Position numbers and translations under genes: made by a program. Positions 1 through 9,515 of a stretch of DNA of 64,000 nucleotides are shown here, piece after piece. Numbering within the stretch: the stretch's first letter is position 1; every line of letters begins with the position of its first letter. Below the pieces are notes generated by a model. It saw nothing but the letters and a program-made list of their open reading frames with translations. It searched no databases and was not told the DNA's origin. Source of the stretch: Candidatus Aenigmatarchaeota archaeon (lineage in GTDB: Archaea > Aenigmatarchaeota > Aenigmatarchaeia > CG10238-14 > SCSR01); the NCBI GenBank assembly GCA_039000425.1, contig JAWBPV010000001.1, forward strand, positions 38-64,037, given 5' to 3'.

Positions 1-389
1 TCGGAAGGTCCAGCTAACAAATAGTTTATTCCATCTTTTACTCCATAAAGTCTTAGAACTTTTGCCAAATGTCTACCATTTTCAGTAATAACTTCTTTGC
101 TCCAAGGAACAGTCTTCTTTTTACCCTTGCTGCCTGAAGATGTCATAGGAATATAGTTTTTTTCTTTCAAAACTTCTTTTGGAATAAAATACTCAATTGG
201 CTTTCTTAAATCTTCTTCATCACAGAGACTAATTGGGTGTGTTAAAAAATCTTCTAAACTTTCCAAATCTCTAGGGCGAACGTTATTTTCTTTGGCTTTT
301 TTTACCCAGTAACTCGAACCTTTAACTTCATCAAAGTTTAGCTCTCTTATCTCATCCCAATATTTTTGGGCTTCTTTAGTAATAAACAT
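1..389 (-). CDS. Adenylate-forming (ANL superfamily) enzyme, PaaK/coenzyme F390 synthetase-like; N-terminal part only, gene runs off the window start
   Basis: Reverse-strand translation from ATG at 389-387 gives MFITKEAQKYWDEIRELNF...IPMTSSGSKGKKKTVPWSKEV... with an SSG-x-GK phosphate-binding motif typical of phenylacetate-CoA ligase/F390 synthetase family; not in the ORF track because truncated by the window edge. Confidence 0.4.
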   Translation of the reverse strand, partial: MFITKEAQKYWDEIRELNFDEVKGSSYWVKKAKENNVRPRDLESLEDFLTHPISLCDEEDLRKPIEYFIPKEVLKEKNYIPMTSSGSKGKKKTVPWSKEVITENGRHLAKVLRLYGVKDGINYLLAGPS

Positions 390-464
390 ACATTTAATTA
401 TAATAACAAAAAGAATTAATCTTTTTCATGAAAACTTAAAAAATTAGAAAACTTAATTTAATTT

Positions 465-1118
465 GTGATAAAAAGACTCTTAAACAATTTGTTCATGATC
501 AAAAACTATTCAAATTGCTATGTGATTCAGTTCGAGGATCATTCAATAGTAGTAGATGCTGGGATGGATAAAAAAGCAAAAGGGTTGCTAGAAGTTCTTG
601 AAAGAGTTAAAAAACCTGAAGCAGTTTTAATTACGCATGCTCACTTAGACCATATAAATGGTCTAGCAAAGCTCAAGGAAAAATTTCCGGAAATTAAATT
701 TTTTTGTAGTGAAAAAGCAAAGCAAGCAGTAGAGGGAAAAGAAATCCTTCTTCCAAAAGGATTAGAAAGATTTTTCTTCAAGTTCTTAACATTTTTTGTA
801 AGATACAAGCCTGTTGAAGCTGAAGCTATAAAAGAAAGTTTTGAAGCAGTTAAAGTCTTTGAAACACCGGGGCATACAAATGGATGCATTTCTTTCCTTT
901 TAGAAGTAGATGAAAAAAAGGTTTTGTTTTGTGGGGATTTATTGATAAACCAAAGGGGCTTATCTTTACCACCAAGCAATTTTAATTTCAACGAAAAATT
1001 ACAGATAGAATCTATAAACAAAATATTAAAGCTCGATTGGGACTGGCTTTTACCAGGACATGGTGAAGTATTAACTGAAAAAACAAAAATAAAGGAATTC
1101 TTAGAAAAATTTTCGTAA
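465..1118 (+). CDS. Metallo-beta-lactamase fold hydrolase
   Basis: HxHxDH motif (LITHAHLDHINGL), downstream His (TPGHT) and CGD motif. Confidence 0.6.
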   Translation: MIKRLLNNLFMIKNYSNCYVIQFEDHSIVVDAGMDKKAKGLLEVLERVKKPEAVLITHAHLDHINGLAKLKEKFPEIKFFCSEKAKQAVEGKEILLPKGLERFFFKFLTFFVRYKPVEAEAIKESFEAVKVFETPGHTNGCISFLLEVDEKKVLFCGDLLINQRGLSLPPSNFNFNEKLQIESINKILKLDWDWLLPGHGEVLTEKTKIKEFLEKFS

Positions 1119-1177
1119 AAAAATTATTTTGAAAATTCCAAAAATTTTTATATTTTATTTTTGAATAATCTAAATAT

Positions 1178-1474
1178 ATGAAAAAAGCTTTCGAATGGCT
1201 CACTTTGGAAGAAAAAATAAAAAGGCTTTCAATAAGCACAGTAAGAGTTTTTGAAGTAATTTCAAAAAACTGGCCAACGAATCCTCTAGAAGTTGCCAAG
1301 GTTTTGGGTGAGAATGGGGATGAAAAATCACTTTCAGCAAAATACCTTTACCATTTCAAAAAATTGCATAAATTAAAGTTGATAAGGATGAAGAAAATAG
1401 GCAATACTTACATAGCTTGGCCTGTTGAAATTGAAAAAATTAGAGTGGTGAAAGAAATTCTAGAAGGTGTTTGA
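1178..1474 (+). CDS. Small winged-helix-like protein (hypothetical regulator)
   Basis: 98 aa, basic helical protein; 4-nt overlap (TGAATG) with downstream V4R gene suggesting co-translation. Confidence 0.35.
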   Translation: MKKAFEWLTLEEKIKRLSISTVRVFEVISKNWPTNPLEVAKVLGENGDEKSLSAKYLYHFKKLHKLKLIRMKKIGNTYIAWPVEIEKIRVVKEILEGV

Positions 1475-1996
1475 ATGTTATCATCGTTCATCTCGAGATT
1501 GTTACTCATAAGACAATTTTCTATTCTAAATGGAGAATTTAAGATTTTAGAGAAAAATTTTTACTTCCAGCCGATTAAATCATTAGCCATTTTCCAAGAA
1601 AAATTATGGAAGAAATCCAGAAGAGTGGGTTTGGAATTGATTTATGAAACGAGTAAAGAAGGTTTTGTTGATTTCATCAGAGACATAAAGAGGTTTGCAG
1701 AAAGTAGGGAAAAATTCTTTAATGTATTATTGAATTTAGTCACACACTTTGGTTTTGGAAATTTAGAAATAATCGAGGTAAATGAAAAGGAGAAAAAAGC
1801 TGTGGTAGAAGTTAAGAACAATCCTTTTGCTAAAGAATACGTTAAAATTTTTGGTGCTCAAAAAAAGTGTGTCGATTACATGCTGGCTGGAATAATTGCC
1901 GCTTATTTCTCCGAATTTTTTGAAAAAAACGTGGAATGTGAGGAAGAAAGTTGTATTGCAAAAAGAAATCTAGTTTGTAAATTCATAGTTAAATAG
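1475..1996 (+). CDS. V4R domain protein
   Basis: C-terminal HFGFG...CVDYMLAGIIAAYFSEFF...CEEESC pattern typical of V4R (4-vinyl reductase-like) small-molecule-binding domain. Confidence 0.5.
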   Translation: MLSSFISRLLLIRQFSILNGEFKILEKNFYFQPIKSLAIFQEKLWKKSRRVGLELIYETSKEGFVDFIRDIKRFAESREKFFNVLLNLVTHFGFGNLEIIEVNEKEKKAVVEVKNNPFAKEYVKIFGAQKKCVDYMLAGIIAAYFSEFFEKNVECEEESCIAKRNLVCKFIVK

Positions 1997-2699
1997 ATAG
2001 ATCTTCCTTAACTACTATCCCCCTCTCTGTTATCTTAATCGGATAAACATCAACACCATGATTTGTCCTTCTCATCTTCCTTATAACCAAACTCCTAGAA
2101 GCTCCACCTGCTGTGTATTCCAAGTAGTGTAGGATTATAACGCTATCAACCACGAATTCCTCAAAACCAAACTTACTCAACGCTTTTGGCTCCGTTTCAG
2201 GCACTTCGGCTATCAACAAGCTTGTAACACCCCTCTTCTTCAAAATTTGTATAAGGTCGAAAAGTTCCCTCCTTATCTTTGAAATGTCGCCACTCTCTTC
2301 CCAACCCATAGCAGCGACTGTTATGCTATCTATAACAAGCCTTTTTGCATTTATCTTTTCAATCTTGTTGAATATGAGCTCCGTTAGTTTTTTTATACTC
2401 GTTGGTAAAACATGCTCGATTTTCAATTTTTCTTCTTTCATGTATTCCATGAACTCCTTGTCCCAACCAAACTTGCTCATATCCAATAATAAATCATCCA
2501 CACTTTGCTCTAAACAGATGTAAATTCCATTCTCACCTTTTCTTAAGCCGTGTAGTATGAATTGGCAACCAAATATCGATTTTCCCGTTCCAGTTGTACC
2601 AGCTATCAAATTTACAGAACCTTTAACAAACCCTCCTTCTATCAATTTATCTAATCCAGGTATTCCACTTTCAACTCTCTCCACCTTCATAAATATCAA
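1989..2699 (-). CDS. KaiC-like RecA-superfamily ATPase (COG0467 family)
   Basis: GIPGLDKLIEGG + Walker A GTTGTGKS; single ~236 aa KaiC/Rad55-type domain; 23 nt downstream of rad50, same strand. Confidence 0.6.
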   Translation of the reverse strand: MIFMKVERVESGIPGLDKLIEGGFVKGSVNLIAGTTGTGKSIFGCQFILHGLRKGENGIYICLEQSVDDLLLDMSKFGWDKEFMEYMKEEKLKIEHVLPTSIKKLTELIFNKIEKINAKRLVIDSITVAAMGWEESGDISKIRRELFDLIQILKKRGVTSLLIAEVPETEPKALSKFGFEEFVVDSVIILHYLEYTAGGASRSLVIRKMRRTNHGVDVYPIKITERGIVVKEDLSI

Positions 2700-2721
2700 T
2701 TAGATTTTTCGTACTTTATTT

Positions 2722-5103
2722 TTAATCTATCCTCACAACTTTTGTTGGCTCGTCTTTCTCTTTCTCCCTTTCAAGCCTGTAGATCGAACCAGTTGCAGCA
2801 TCTTCAAGCTCTGGTTGGTGTGTTATCAAGAAAGTTTGATCTATAAATTCCCTTATCCTCTCCCTCAAAGTTGTTGAAAGTTCCACTATAGCTCTAGAAT
2901 CAAGATTGGCTGTTGGTTCATCCAAAACAAGTATTCTAAGTTGTGGTGCTAAAGCCAAAGCTAAAGCTATCCTTAAAGTTAAACAAGCTATACTTCTTTC
3001 ACCGCCCGACACATTACCTTCTACATTTACCCAACTTCCATCCCTTGATTGCAATTGTAGTACGTAGTCCCCTTCTTCAGCGTTCAGTTGAATCGAGGTA
3101 AAATCGCGATAAGGATATATAGTGTTCCAAAGCTTATTCATCGTTAAATTAACAACTTCTACAAAATTATTCCTCAACTCGATTTGGGTTTCTTCAAGAG
3201 CTAAATTGAAGATTTCCAAGTCTCTTATCAGTTTATCAAGTTTTTGGATTTCTTGCTTCTGTTTATTCAATTCCCTTAATTTTTCTTCATATTCTTTCTT
3301 CCTGTTCTCTTTCTCTTGGATAAGAAAATCGTAAGATTGAAGTTTGGTTCTCATCTCACTCACTATACTTATCATGTATTTCAGCTTCTCCTCCAGTGAT
3401 ATCAAATCTTTCCCTTCAAATTTAGCTTCTTCTTCCTTTATCTCATTTTTAATTCGTTCTATCTCTTTCGATAATTCTTCACTTTTCTTCCTATTTTTTT
3501 CCAGTTCTTCGAGCTGGATGAGCAAGAGTTCGTATTCCCTCTTCTTTTTTTCTCCCTCTTTTACACTTTTTTCAACATCTTCAAGCTCGCTTTTTACTTT
3601 CGCCAATTCTCCCCTAGCTTTATTCAAAAATTCTTTTGTTTCATTCAACTCATTTTCAGAATCTTCAAGTTCTTTCTCCCTTTCTTCCAAATCTTTGATT
3701 TGTAGTTGCATCTCCTTCATCTTCTTCGCATTTTCTTCAAGTTTTTTCAATTCCTCGATCAAATTTTGCTTACCGTTCATTAAATCTTTCAACTTTTCTT
3801 GCAACCCCCTCATCTGCTCTTTTTTCCGCTCTAACAGCACATTTTTCCTTTCAGGGGTCAATGTAGATTCGCATACAGGACACTTGCTCTCTTCAGAAGA
3901 TAAGTGTTGTATAAAAAGGTTGAGATCGTTTAGTAAATTGTTCAAGACAGATATTTCTGAATTCGTTTTTTCAAGTTTTTCCCTATTTTCTTCTATTTGT
4001 GTTTCAACGTTTTCGCCGATTAAATTTATTAAGCGATCCAAATCTTTCTTAATGTATGCTTTTTCTTCAACAACCTTCTTCAACTTCGGAATCTTTTCTT
4101 CGCTCAAGAATTTCATTTTACTCTCAATCCGAGAGACTTCTGAGAAATTCTTTTCATAAGATTCTCTCTTCAATTTCAACTCTTCTTCTTTCATCTTCAA
4201 TTCATATTCTGCTTCTTCTATAGCTCTCTTCACTTTATCCTTAGAAAAACCTGTCGTGACTTCTTCTATCAACTTCAAACTTTTCAAAACTTCTTCCAAA
4301 ACACTTTCTTTACTTTTCTCTTCCATCTTCAAAATCTCTATTTTTTCTTTAACTTTTTTCAACTTCTCAACTTCTTCTTCAATTTTTATCTTCTCCTTTT
4401 CAGCTTCACTCAACCTTTCTTTCAACTCACTCTTCTCATGAAGAAGCCTAGAAATTACATCTTCTAGCTCAAAAATATTTTTCTTCAACTCTTCTTCGTT
4501 CACTCGCATCAAAGCGCCCTCTATCCCGAGTTTTCTATCTATGATCCTGTTCTTCAAAGTTACTGCAGAACCTCTAGCTTTCTCGAACTTATCTATTCCT
4601 AGAAGCTCGTCTATTTTTTTCATCCTTTGTCCTTTTGGTATAGTGAGGAAGTAATCTAAAGCATTTTGTTCAGAGTATATGGCTTTGCTGAAAAGTTCGT
4701 AATCAACTTTCAATATCTCTTCTATTCTCTCGGTAACCCTTTGCGAGTTTGGTGCTTCTATCAACTTACCATCTTCTTTCACTTCCGAGTAAGTTGTACC
4801 TTTTCCTCTTTCTATCACTCTTCTCACAGAATAATTCTTACCATTCATTTGAAAATGGAGCTCAACTTCCGCTTTCATTTTTTCAACTGGTTTCCTCATT
4901 ATAACGTCATCCAACTTTATCTTTTTTGTTTGAAGCGTTGGAAAAGTGCCAAACAAAGCAAAACAAATAGCATCTAAAACAGAAGTTTTACCAGAACCTA
5001 TCGATCCCAACAGAATATTCGTGCCGGGTGAAAACTCTAACCTCGAATCCAAATGCGAACGCCAATTCTTCAATTCAACCTTAGTTATCATTTTTAGCAC
5101 CAA
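2722..5103 (-). CDS. rad50: DNA double-strand break repair ATPase Rad50
   Basis: Walker A GSIGSGKTS, long K/E-rich coiled coil, zinc-hook CPVC, ABC signature LSGGERS, Walker B ILVLDEPT; likely true start a few codons in (MITKVEL), overlapping mre11 stop. Confidence 0.85.
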   Translation of the reverse strand: MVLKMITKVELKNWRSHLDSRLEFSPGTNILLGSIGSGKTSVLDAICFALFGTFPTLQTKKIKLDDVIMRKPVEKMKAEVELHFQMNGKNYSVRRVIERGKGTTYSEVKEDGKLIEAPNSQRVTERIEEILKVDYELFSKAIYSEQNALDYFLTIPKGQRMKKIDELLGIDKFEKARGSAVTLKNRIIDRKLGIEGALMRVNEEELKKNIFELEDVISRLLHEKSELKERLSEAEKEKIKIEEEVEKLKKVKEKIEILKMEEKSKESVLEEVLKSLKLIEEVTTGFSKDKVKRAIEEAEYELKMKEEELKLKRESYEKNFSEVSRIESKMKFLSEEKIPKLKKVVEEKAYIKKDLDRLINLIGENVETQIEENREKLEKTNSEISVLNNLLNDLNLFIQHLSSEESKCPVCESTLTPERKNVLLERKKEQMRGLQEKLKDLMNGKQNLIEELKKLEENAKKMKEMQLQIKDLEEREKELEDSENELNETKEFLNKARGELAKVKSELEDVEKSVKEGEKKKREYELLLIQLEELEKNRKKSEELSKEIERIKNEIKEEEAKFEGKDLISLEEKLKYMISIVSEMRTKLQSYDFLIQEKENRKKEYEEKLRELNKQKQEIQKLDKLIRDLEIFNLALEETQIELRNNFVEVVNLTMNKLWNTIYPYRDFTSIQLNAEEGDYVLQLQSRDGSWVNVEGNVSGGERSIACLTLRIALALALAPQLRILVLDEPTANLDSRAIVELSTTLRERIREFIDQTFLITHQPELEDAATGSIYRLEREKEKDEPTKVVRID

Positions 5104-6355
5104 AATCTTTCAGAGATTTTCTTAAAATGTTATCTAAAGTCTTTTGTTCTCCCAATAAAATGTTCAACATGTTTTCAATTTCTCCTTCGCTTAAAAGTCT
5201 GAACGCTTTCTCGAAATCGAAAGAAAAGGAAAAACCCAATTCTTCCAAATTTTTCCTGAAAATTTCAAAACCTATATCTTCAACCGAAAGCTTTTGTTCC
5301 CTTAAAGCTCTCAAGAATTCAGCTTTTCTCTCAACTTCAACGTTTTCCAATTCTTTTGAGAAAATTAAAATAGCTTTATTTGAGAATTCTCTATCTATAC
5401 TCTTAAGTTCTTGATCGCTTATCTCTATACCTTTCCCCTTAATTTTTAATTTCACTATTGGAGGCTTATCAAACCCTTTCTTCAATATCTCTTTTATCTT
5501 CTCTTCTATCTGATGCTTTGCCATGTTAGTTTCCAAAACTATTTCTTCGTAGAAGAATTTTCTATTCTTTTCAAGAGGGACGAATTCCACTTCAATTCCA
5601 TCATCCAAATTTATCATGTAAAAACCTTTTTCTGTTTCGCTCTCAGTTTTTTCAAGTTGTGTTGTGATTGTGCTACCTGGGAAGAGGAGTAGCGTATTTC
5701 CTATCTTTATTTGATTGTGTTGATGAATGTGTCCGTTTAGTATGATATCGAAGCCTGCTGGAAGTGATGAAGTTGAAATGGTTGGTGGTTCAAGAGGAGA
5801 ATAGACAAAAGGCTCTATGCTTTGGTGCATGAGCAAAATGTTGAAACAATCTTTTAGAGGTTGAGGATTCCATTGTAAAAGTGTATCTCTAGCGAACCTT
5901 TCAGGTACTCCAGACATACCATGTATTGCCACTTTTTTCCCATTTTTTTCTAGAACGATAGTGTCGCAGTGAAGATGAATCAACAAACCCGCATTTTCCA
6001 AAACTTCCACGGCATTTAACTCTCCTCTTCCTCTTCTTTCATGAGTACCATGAATCGCTATCACTGGCAAATGATTCAAGGTTCTTTCGGAAACTTTCTT
6101 CAATTCTTTAGAGCAACTAACCAACTTCACATTTCTATTTTCTTCCAACAAAGGTTTGACTAAAACTTTCATGGCTTTTGCCCAAGTTTGTGTTTTTGGG
6201 ACACGAGAATCAAAGATATCACCAAGTATCAAAATCAAATCAGATTTTAAAGCCTTTTCCATAGCCTCTTCAGCATTCTCAAAACTATCTTCTTCTAGTT
6301 GTGGTGTTAAAGCAAAACCGAAGTGAAAATCTGAAAGAACTGCGATTCTCATCAT
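5081..6355 (-). CDS. mre11: DNA repair nuclease Mre11
   Basis: Calcineurin-like phosphoesterase motifs: DFHFG, GDIFD, GTHERR, GHIHQ; directly upstream of rad50 with overlap. Confidence 0.85.
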   Translation of the reverse strand: MMRIAVLSDFHFGFALTPQLEEDSFENAEEAMEKALKSDLILILGDIFDSRVPKTQTWAKAMKVLVKPLLEENRNVKLVSCSKELKKVSERTLNHLPVIAIHGTHERRGRGELNAVEVLENAGLLIHLHCDTIVLEKNGKKVAIHGMSGVPERFARDTLLQWNPQPLKDCFNILLMHQSIEPFVYSPLEPPTISTSSLPAGFDIILNGHIHQHNQIKIGNTLLLFPGSTITTQLEKTESETEKGFYMINLDDGIEVEFVPLEKNRKFFYEEIVLETNMAKHQIEEKIKEILKKGFDKPPIVKLKIKGKGIEISDQELKSIDREFSNKAILIFSKELENVEVERKAEFLRALREQKLSVEDIGFEIFRKNLEELGFSFSFDFEKAFRLLSEGEIENMLNILLGEQKTLDNILRKSLKDFGAKNDN

Positions 6356-6383
6356 CTCTATTAAACTTTGAGACTAAATTTAT

Positions 6384-7328
6384 TTAAATCCTTCCCAACT
6401 GTCTGTATTCCAAACCTCTTATTAGTCCAAGCTTCATGGCCAATTCTATTGCTTTTTTGAAATCCTCCTTTATACTTTTTCTAAGTTCTGGATATTTGCT
6501 AGCGTTGATCACAACTTCTCCGGCAGGGTAGTATTGTGACATTATGTTGACATAAGCATTGATGGATATTTCTTTAGCTATGAAATTCAGAACTTTACTT
6601 GTTTCCGCTATACCACTAGGCAAAACAAGGTGTCTTATCAACAAACCCCTGTAAGCCAAACCATTTTCATCTATTTTCAAATCACCAACTTGACGATGCA
6701 TTTCTTTTAAAGCTTCTCTACATCTATCCCAGTAATCTTCAACTGGTGGCTTGGAATATTTTTTAGCCCCTTCATTACTTCCATACTTAATATCCGGCAT
6801 GTATATGTCAACTATCCCCTCAAGCAATTTTATTATTTCAACATTTTCATAACCACCACAATTCCAAACTATCGGTAAACTTAAACCTTTCTTTGCTGCT
6901 ATGCTTATTGCTTTAACTAATTGTGGTGTGTAATGAGTTGGTGTTACCAAGTTTATGTTGTGACAACCCATATCTTGTAATTTCAACATCATCTCCGCAA
7001 CTTCTTCTTCATCACATTCTTCACCTTCTCCTAAATGTGATATCTCATAATTTTGACAATAAACACATCTCAAGTTACAGTTCGATAAAAAGATCGTACC
7101 GGATCCATGAATACCGACTAAAACATCTTCCTCACCAAAGTGGGGGAAAAAACTCGAAACTTTGAGTTTTTTTCCTGCACCACAAACTCCTTTCTCATTT
7201 TTAGCTCTGTTGACGTGACACTTCCTCGGGCAAAGTTCGCATCTTTCTAAAATCTTATAGAGTTTTTCTATTCTTTCTTCTATTCCTCCACTTTCTATCA
7301 TTTTCAAGTAAGTTGGTTCCATCATCAT
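6384..7328 (-). CDS. Radical SAM enzyme (PflA-like; resembles AmmeMemoRadiSam-system radical SAM family)
   Basis: N-terminal CxxCPRKCxVNR...GxCG cysteine cluster plus canonical CNLRCVYCQN radical SAM motif. Confidence 0.55.
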   Translation of the reverse strand: MMMEPTYLKMIESGGIEERIEKLYKILERCELCPRKCHVNRAKNEKGVCGAGKKLKVSSFFPHFGEEDVLVGIHGSGTIFLSNCNLRCVYCQNYEISHLGEGEECDEEEVAEMMLKLQDMGCHNINLVTPTHYTPQLVKAISIAAKKGLSLPIVWNCGGYENVEIIKLLEGIVDIYMPDIKYGSNEGAKKYSKPPVEDYWDRCREALKEMHRQVGDLKIDENGLAYRGLLIRHLVLPSGIAETSKVLNFIAKEISINAYVNIMSQYYPAGEVVINASKYPELRKSIKEDFKKAIELAMKLGLIRGLEYRQLGRI

Positions 7329-7358
7329 TTATTTTTAAAACAGAATAATTTTTAAAAT

Positions 7359-8798
7359 ATGTCTGAAGGTATAACTGTGAAAAAAATGGAAAATTTTTCC
7401 GAATGGTACACACAAGTCATAATGAAGTCTGGATTAGCAGATTATGGCCCTGTGCAAGGTACTATGGCGATAAAAGATTATGGATACGAGATATGGGAAA
7501 ATATAAGGGAGATTTTCGATAAGATGTTGAAAGAATCTGGACATAAGAATGCATATTTTCCTTTGTTCATACCTGAGAGTTTTTTGAAGAAAGAAGCGGA
7601 GCATTTCGAAGGATTTGTTCCGGAAGTTTTTTGGGTCACTAAAGCCGGAGATAATGAACTTGGTGAAAAACTAGCGATAAGACCAACTTCAGAAACCATA
7701 ATTTATTATTTTTATTCTAAATGGATAAGGAGCTGGAGGGATTTACCAGTTCTATTGAATCAGTGGTGTAACGTGGCAAGAGCCGAAATAAAATCAACGA
7801 AGCCTTTTATTAGGACTACTGAATTCCTCTGGCAAGAAGGACACACTGTACATGCAACGAAAGAAGAGGCTGATGAAGAAGTAATGAAAATTCTTAAACT
7901 TTACAAAAGGTTGATAGAAGAATATTTAGCAATTCCAGTTATAATGGGTAGAAAAAGTGAAAAAGAAAAATTTGCTGGCGCTCTTTACACTGCAACTTTA
8001 GAAGCTATGATGCCTGATGGGAAGGCTTTACAAATGGCAACTTCGCATAACCTGGGGCAAAATTTCTCAAAACCTTTTGAAATAAAGTTCATGGATAAGG
8101 ATAAATCTGAAAAATATGCTTGGCAAACTTGTTGGGGTACTTCTACGAGATTGATTGGTGCACTGGTTATGACTCATGGTGACGACAAAGGATTGATATT
8201 ACCACCGAAAATAGCTCCTTTGCAAATAGTGATAATTCCAATCTATTACGATGAAGAAGAATATAGAAAAGTTGTTAAAAAAGCTAAAATGGTTGAAGAA
8301 AATTTGAAGAAAGCTGGGTTTTCAGTTTTCTGTGATGATAGGAAAGAATACACACCTGGTTGGAAATTCAACGAGTGGGAATTAAAGGGTGTTCCAATCA
8401 GGATTGAAATAGGACCAAAAGAATTGAAGAATAAAAAATTCGTGATCGTGAAAAGAAATGATTTCAAAAAAATTTCAATCGATGAAAAGAAACTTGAAAG
8501 GAAGATTCATGAAATTTTGGAGATCGTACAGAAAGAATTATTTGAAAGTGCTAAAAAGTTTTTGAGAGAACATACAACGCTCGTTAAAAATTTTAAAGAA
8601 TTCAAAAAAGTTGTTGAAAGTAAAGGGGGTTTTTTAAAAGTTTGTTGGTGTGGTAGCGAAGAATGTGAAGAAAAGATAAAGATGGAGACGGGAGCTACTA
8701 TAAGAGCTATACCATTCGGGAAAGAAAAAATCTTTTCAGAATGTGTTTATTGCGGAAAAAAAGCTAAAGAAGTGGTTTACATGGCAAGATCTTATTGA
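7359..8798 (+). CDS. proS: Prolyl-tRNA synthetase (archaeal/eukaryotic type)
   Basis: Class II aaRS motifs, archaeal ProRS N-terminus (FSEWYTQVI...), C-terminal Zn-binding CxxC...CxxC domain. Confidence 0.9.
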   Translation: MSEGITVKKMENFSEWYTQVIMKSGLADYGPVQGTMAIKDYGYEIWENIREIFDKMLKESGHKNAYFPLFIPESFLKKEAEHFEGFVPEVFWVTKAGDNELGEKLAIRPTSETIIYYFYSKWIRSWRDLPVLLNQWCNVARAEIKSTKPFIRTTEFLWQEGHTVHATKEEADEEVMKILKLYKRLIEEYLAIPVIMGRKSEKEKFAGALYTATLEAMMPDGKALQMATSHNLGQNFSKPFEIKFMDKDKSEKYAWQTCWGTSTRLIGALVMTHGDDKGLILPPKIAPLQIVIIPIYYDEEEYRKVVKKAKMVEENLKKAGFSVFCDDRKEYTPGWKFNEWELKGVPIRIEIGPKELKNKKFVIVKRNDFKKISIDEKKLERKIHEILEIVQKELFESAKKFLREHTTLVKNFKEFKKVVESKGGFLKVCWCGSEECEEKIKMETGATIRAIPFGKEKIFSECVYCGKKAKEVVYMARSY

Positions 8799-8873
8799 TT
8801 ATTTTTACTAAATCATCGAAATCTATTTAAACCTGGGTTTATAATTAAAATTATCCAGTTCTGGTGATGATTT

Positions 8874-9515
8874 GTGAAGACGGGTGGGGAAAAAATTGAA
8901 GTCATGAAAAGTGGTACAACTACAGTTGGTTTGATTTGTAAAGATGGTGTAGTACTGGCTGCAGAGAAAAAATCGACCATGGGATACTTAGTCGCGAGCA
9001 AAGAATCTGAAAAAATATTGCCAATAGCGGATCACATAGCTATGACTATAGCTGGCGTTAGCGGCGATGCTCAAACTTTAGCAAGATATATGAAAGCCGA
9101 GATCAAACTGTTTGAAATCCAAAATCAGAGGAAGATTTCTGTTAAAGGAGCTTGTACTTTGCTCTCAAACATATTGCAAGGAAGTAAGTTCTTTCCTTAT
9201 TACGTTCAGCTCATATTGGCGGGTTTCGACGAAACAGGGCCAAAAATATTCAGCTTGGACGCAATAGGTGGTTGGGAAGAAGAGAAAAAATTCTTCTCGA
9301 CAGGATCTGGATCACCAATAGCTTTGGGTGTGTTAGAAGATAGTTACAAAGAAGATATTTCAGTTGAAGAAGGTAAGAAAATAGCTTTAAGGGCAATAAA
9401 AGCTGCTGTGGAGCGTGACATAGCTTCAGGTGGAAAGGGTGCTGACGTAGCAGTTATAACGAAGGATGGGATTGAAATAACTAGATACGAATCTCTACAC
9501 AACATTACCAAATGA
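8874..9515 (+). CDS. psmB: Proteasome beta subunit (with short propeptide)
   Basis: Propeptide followed by active-site TTTVGL; Ntn-hydrolase fold motifs (GSGS). Confidence 0.85.
   Translation: MKTGGEKIEVMKSGTTTVGLICKDGVVLAAEKKSTMGYLVASKESEKILPIADHIAMTIAGVSGDAQTLARYMKAEIKLFEIQNQRKISVKGACTLLSNILQGSKFFPYYVQLILAGFDETGPKIFSLDAIGGWEEEKKFFSTGSGSPIALGVLEDSYKEDISVEEGKKIALRAIKAAVERDIASGGKGADVAVITKDGIEITRYESLHNITK

Noticed and set aside
3122-4441. Several Ser/Phe-rich ORFs on the plus strand (3122..3334, 3344..4159, 4256..4441), antisense to rad50
   Set aside because: Translating the complement of the long K/E-rich coiled-coil coding region gives low-complexity S/F/L-rich frames with no stops. This is an artefact of the codon bias of rad50, not a set of genes.
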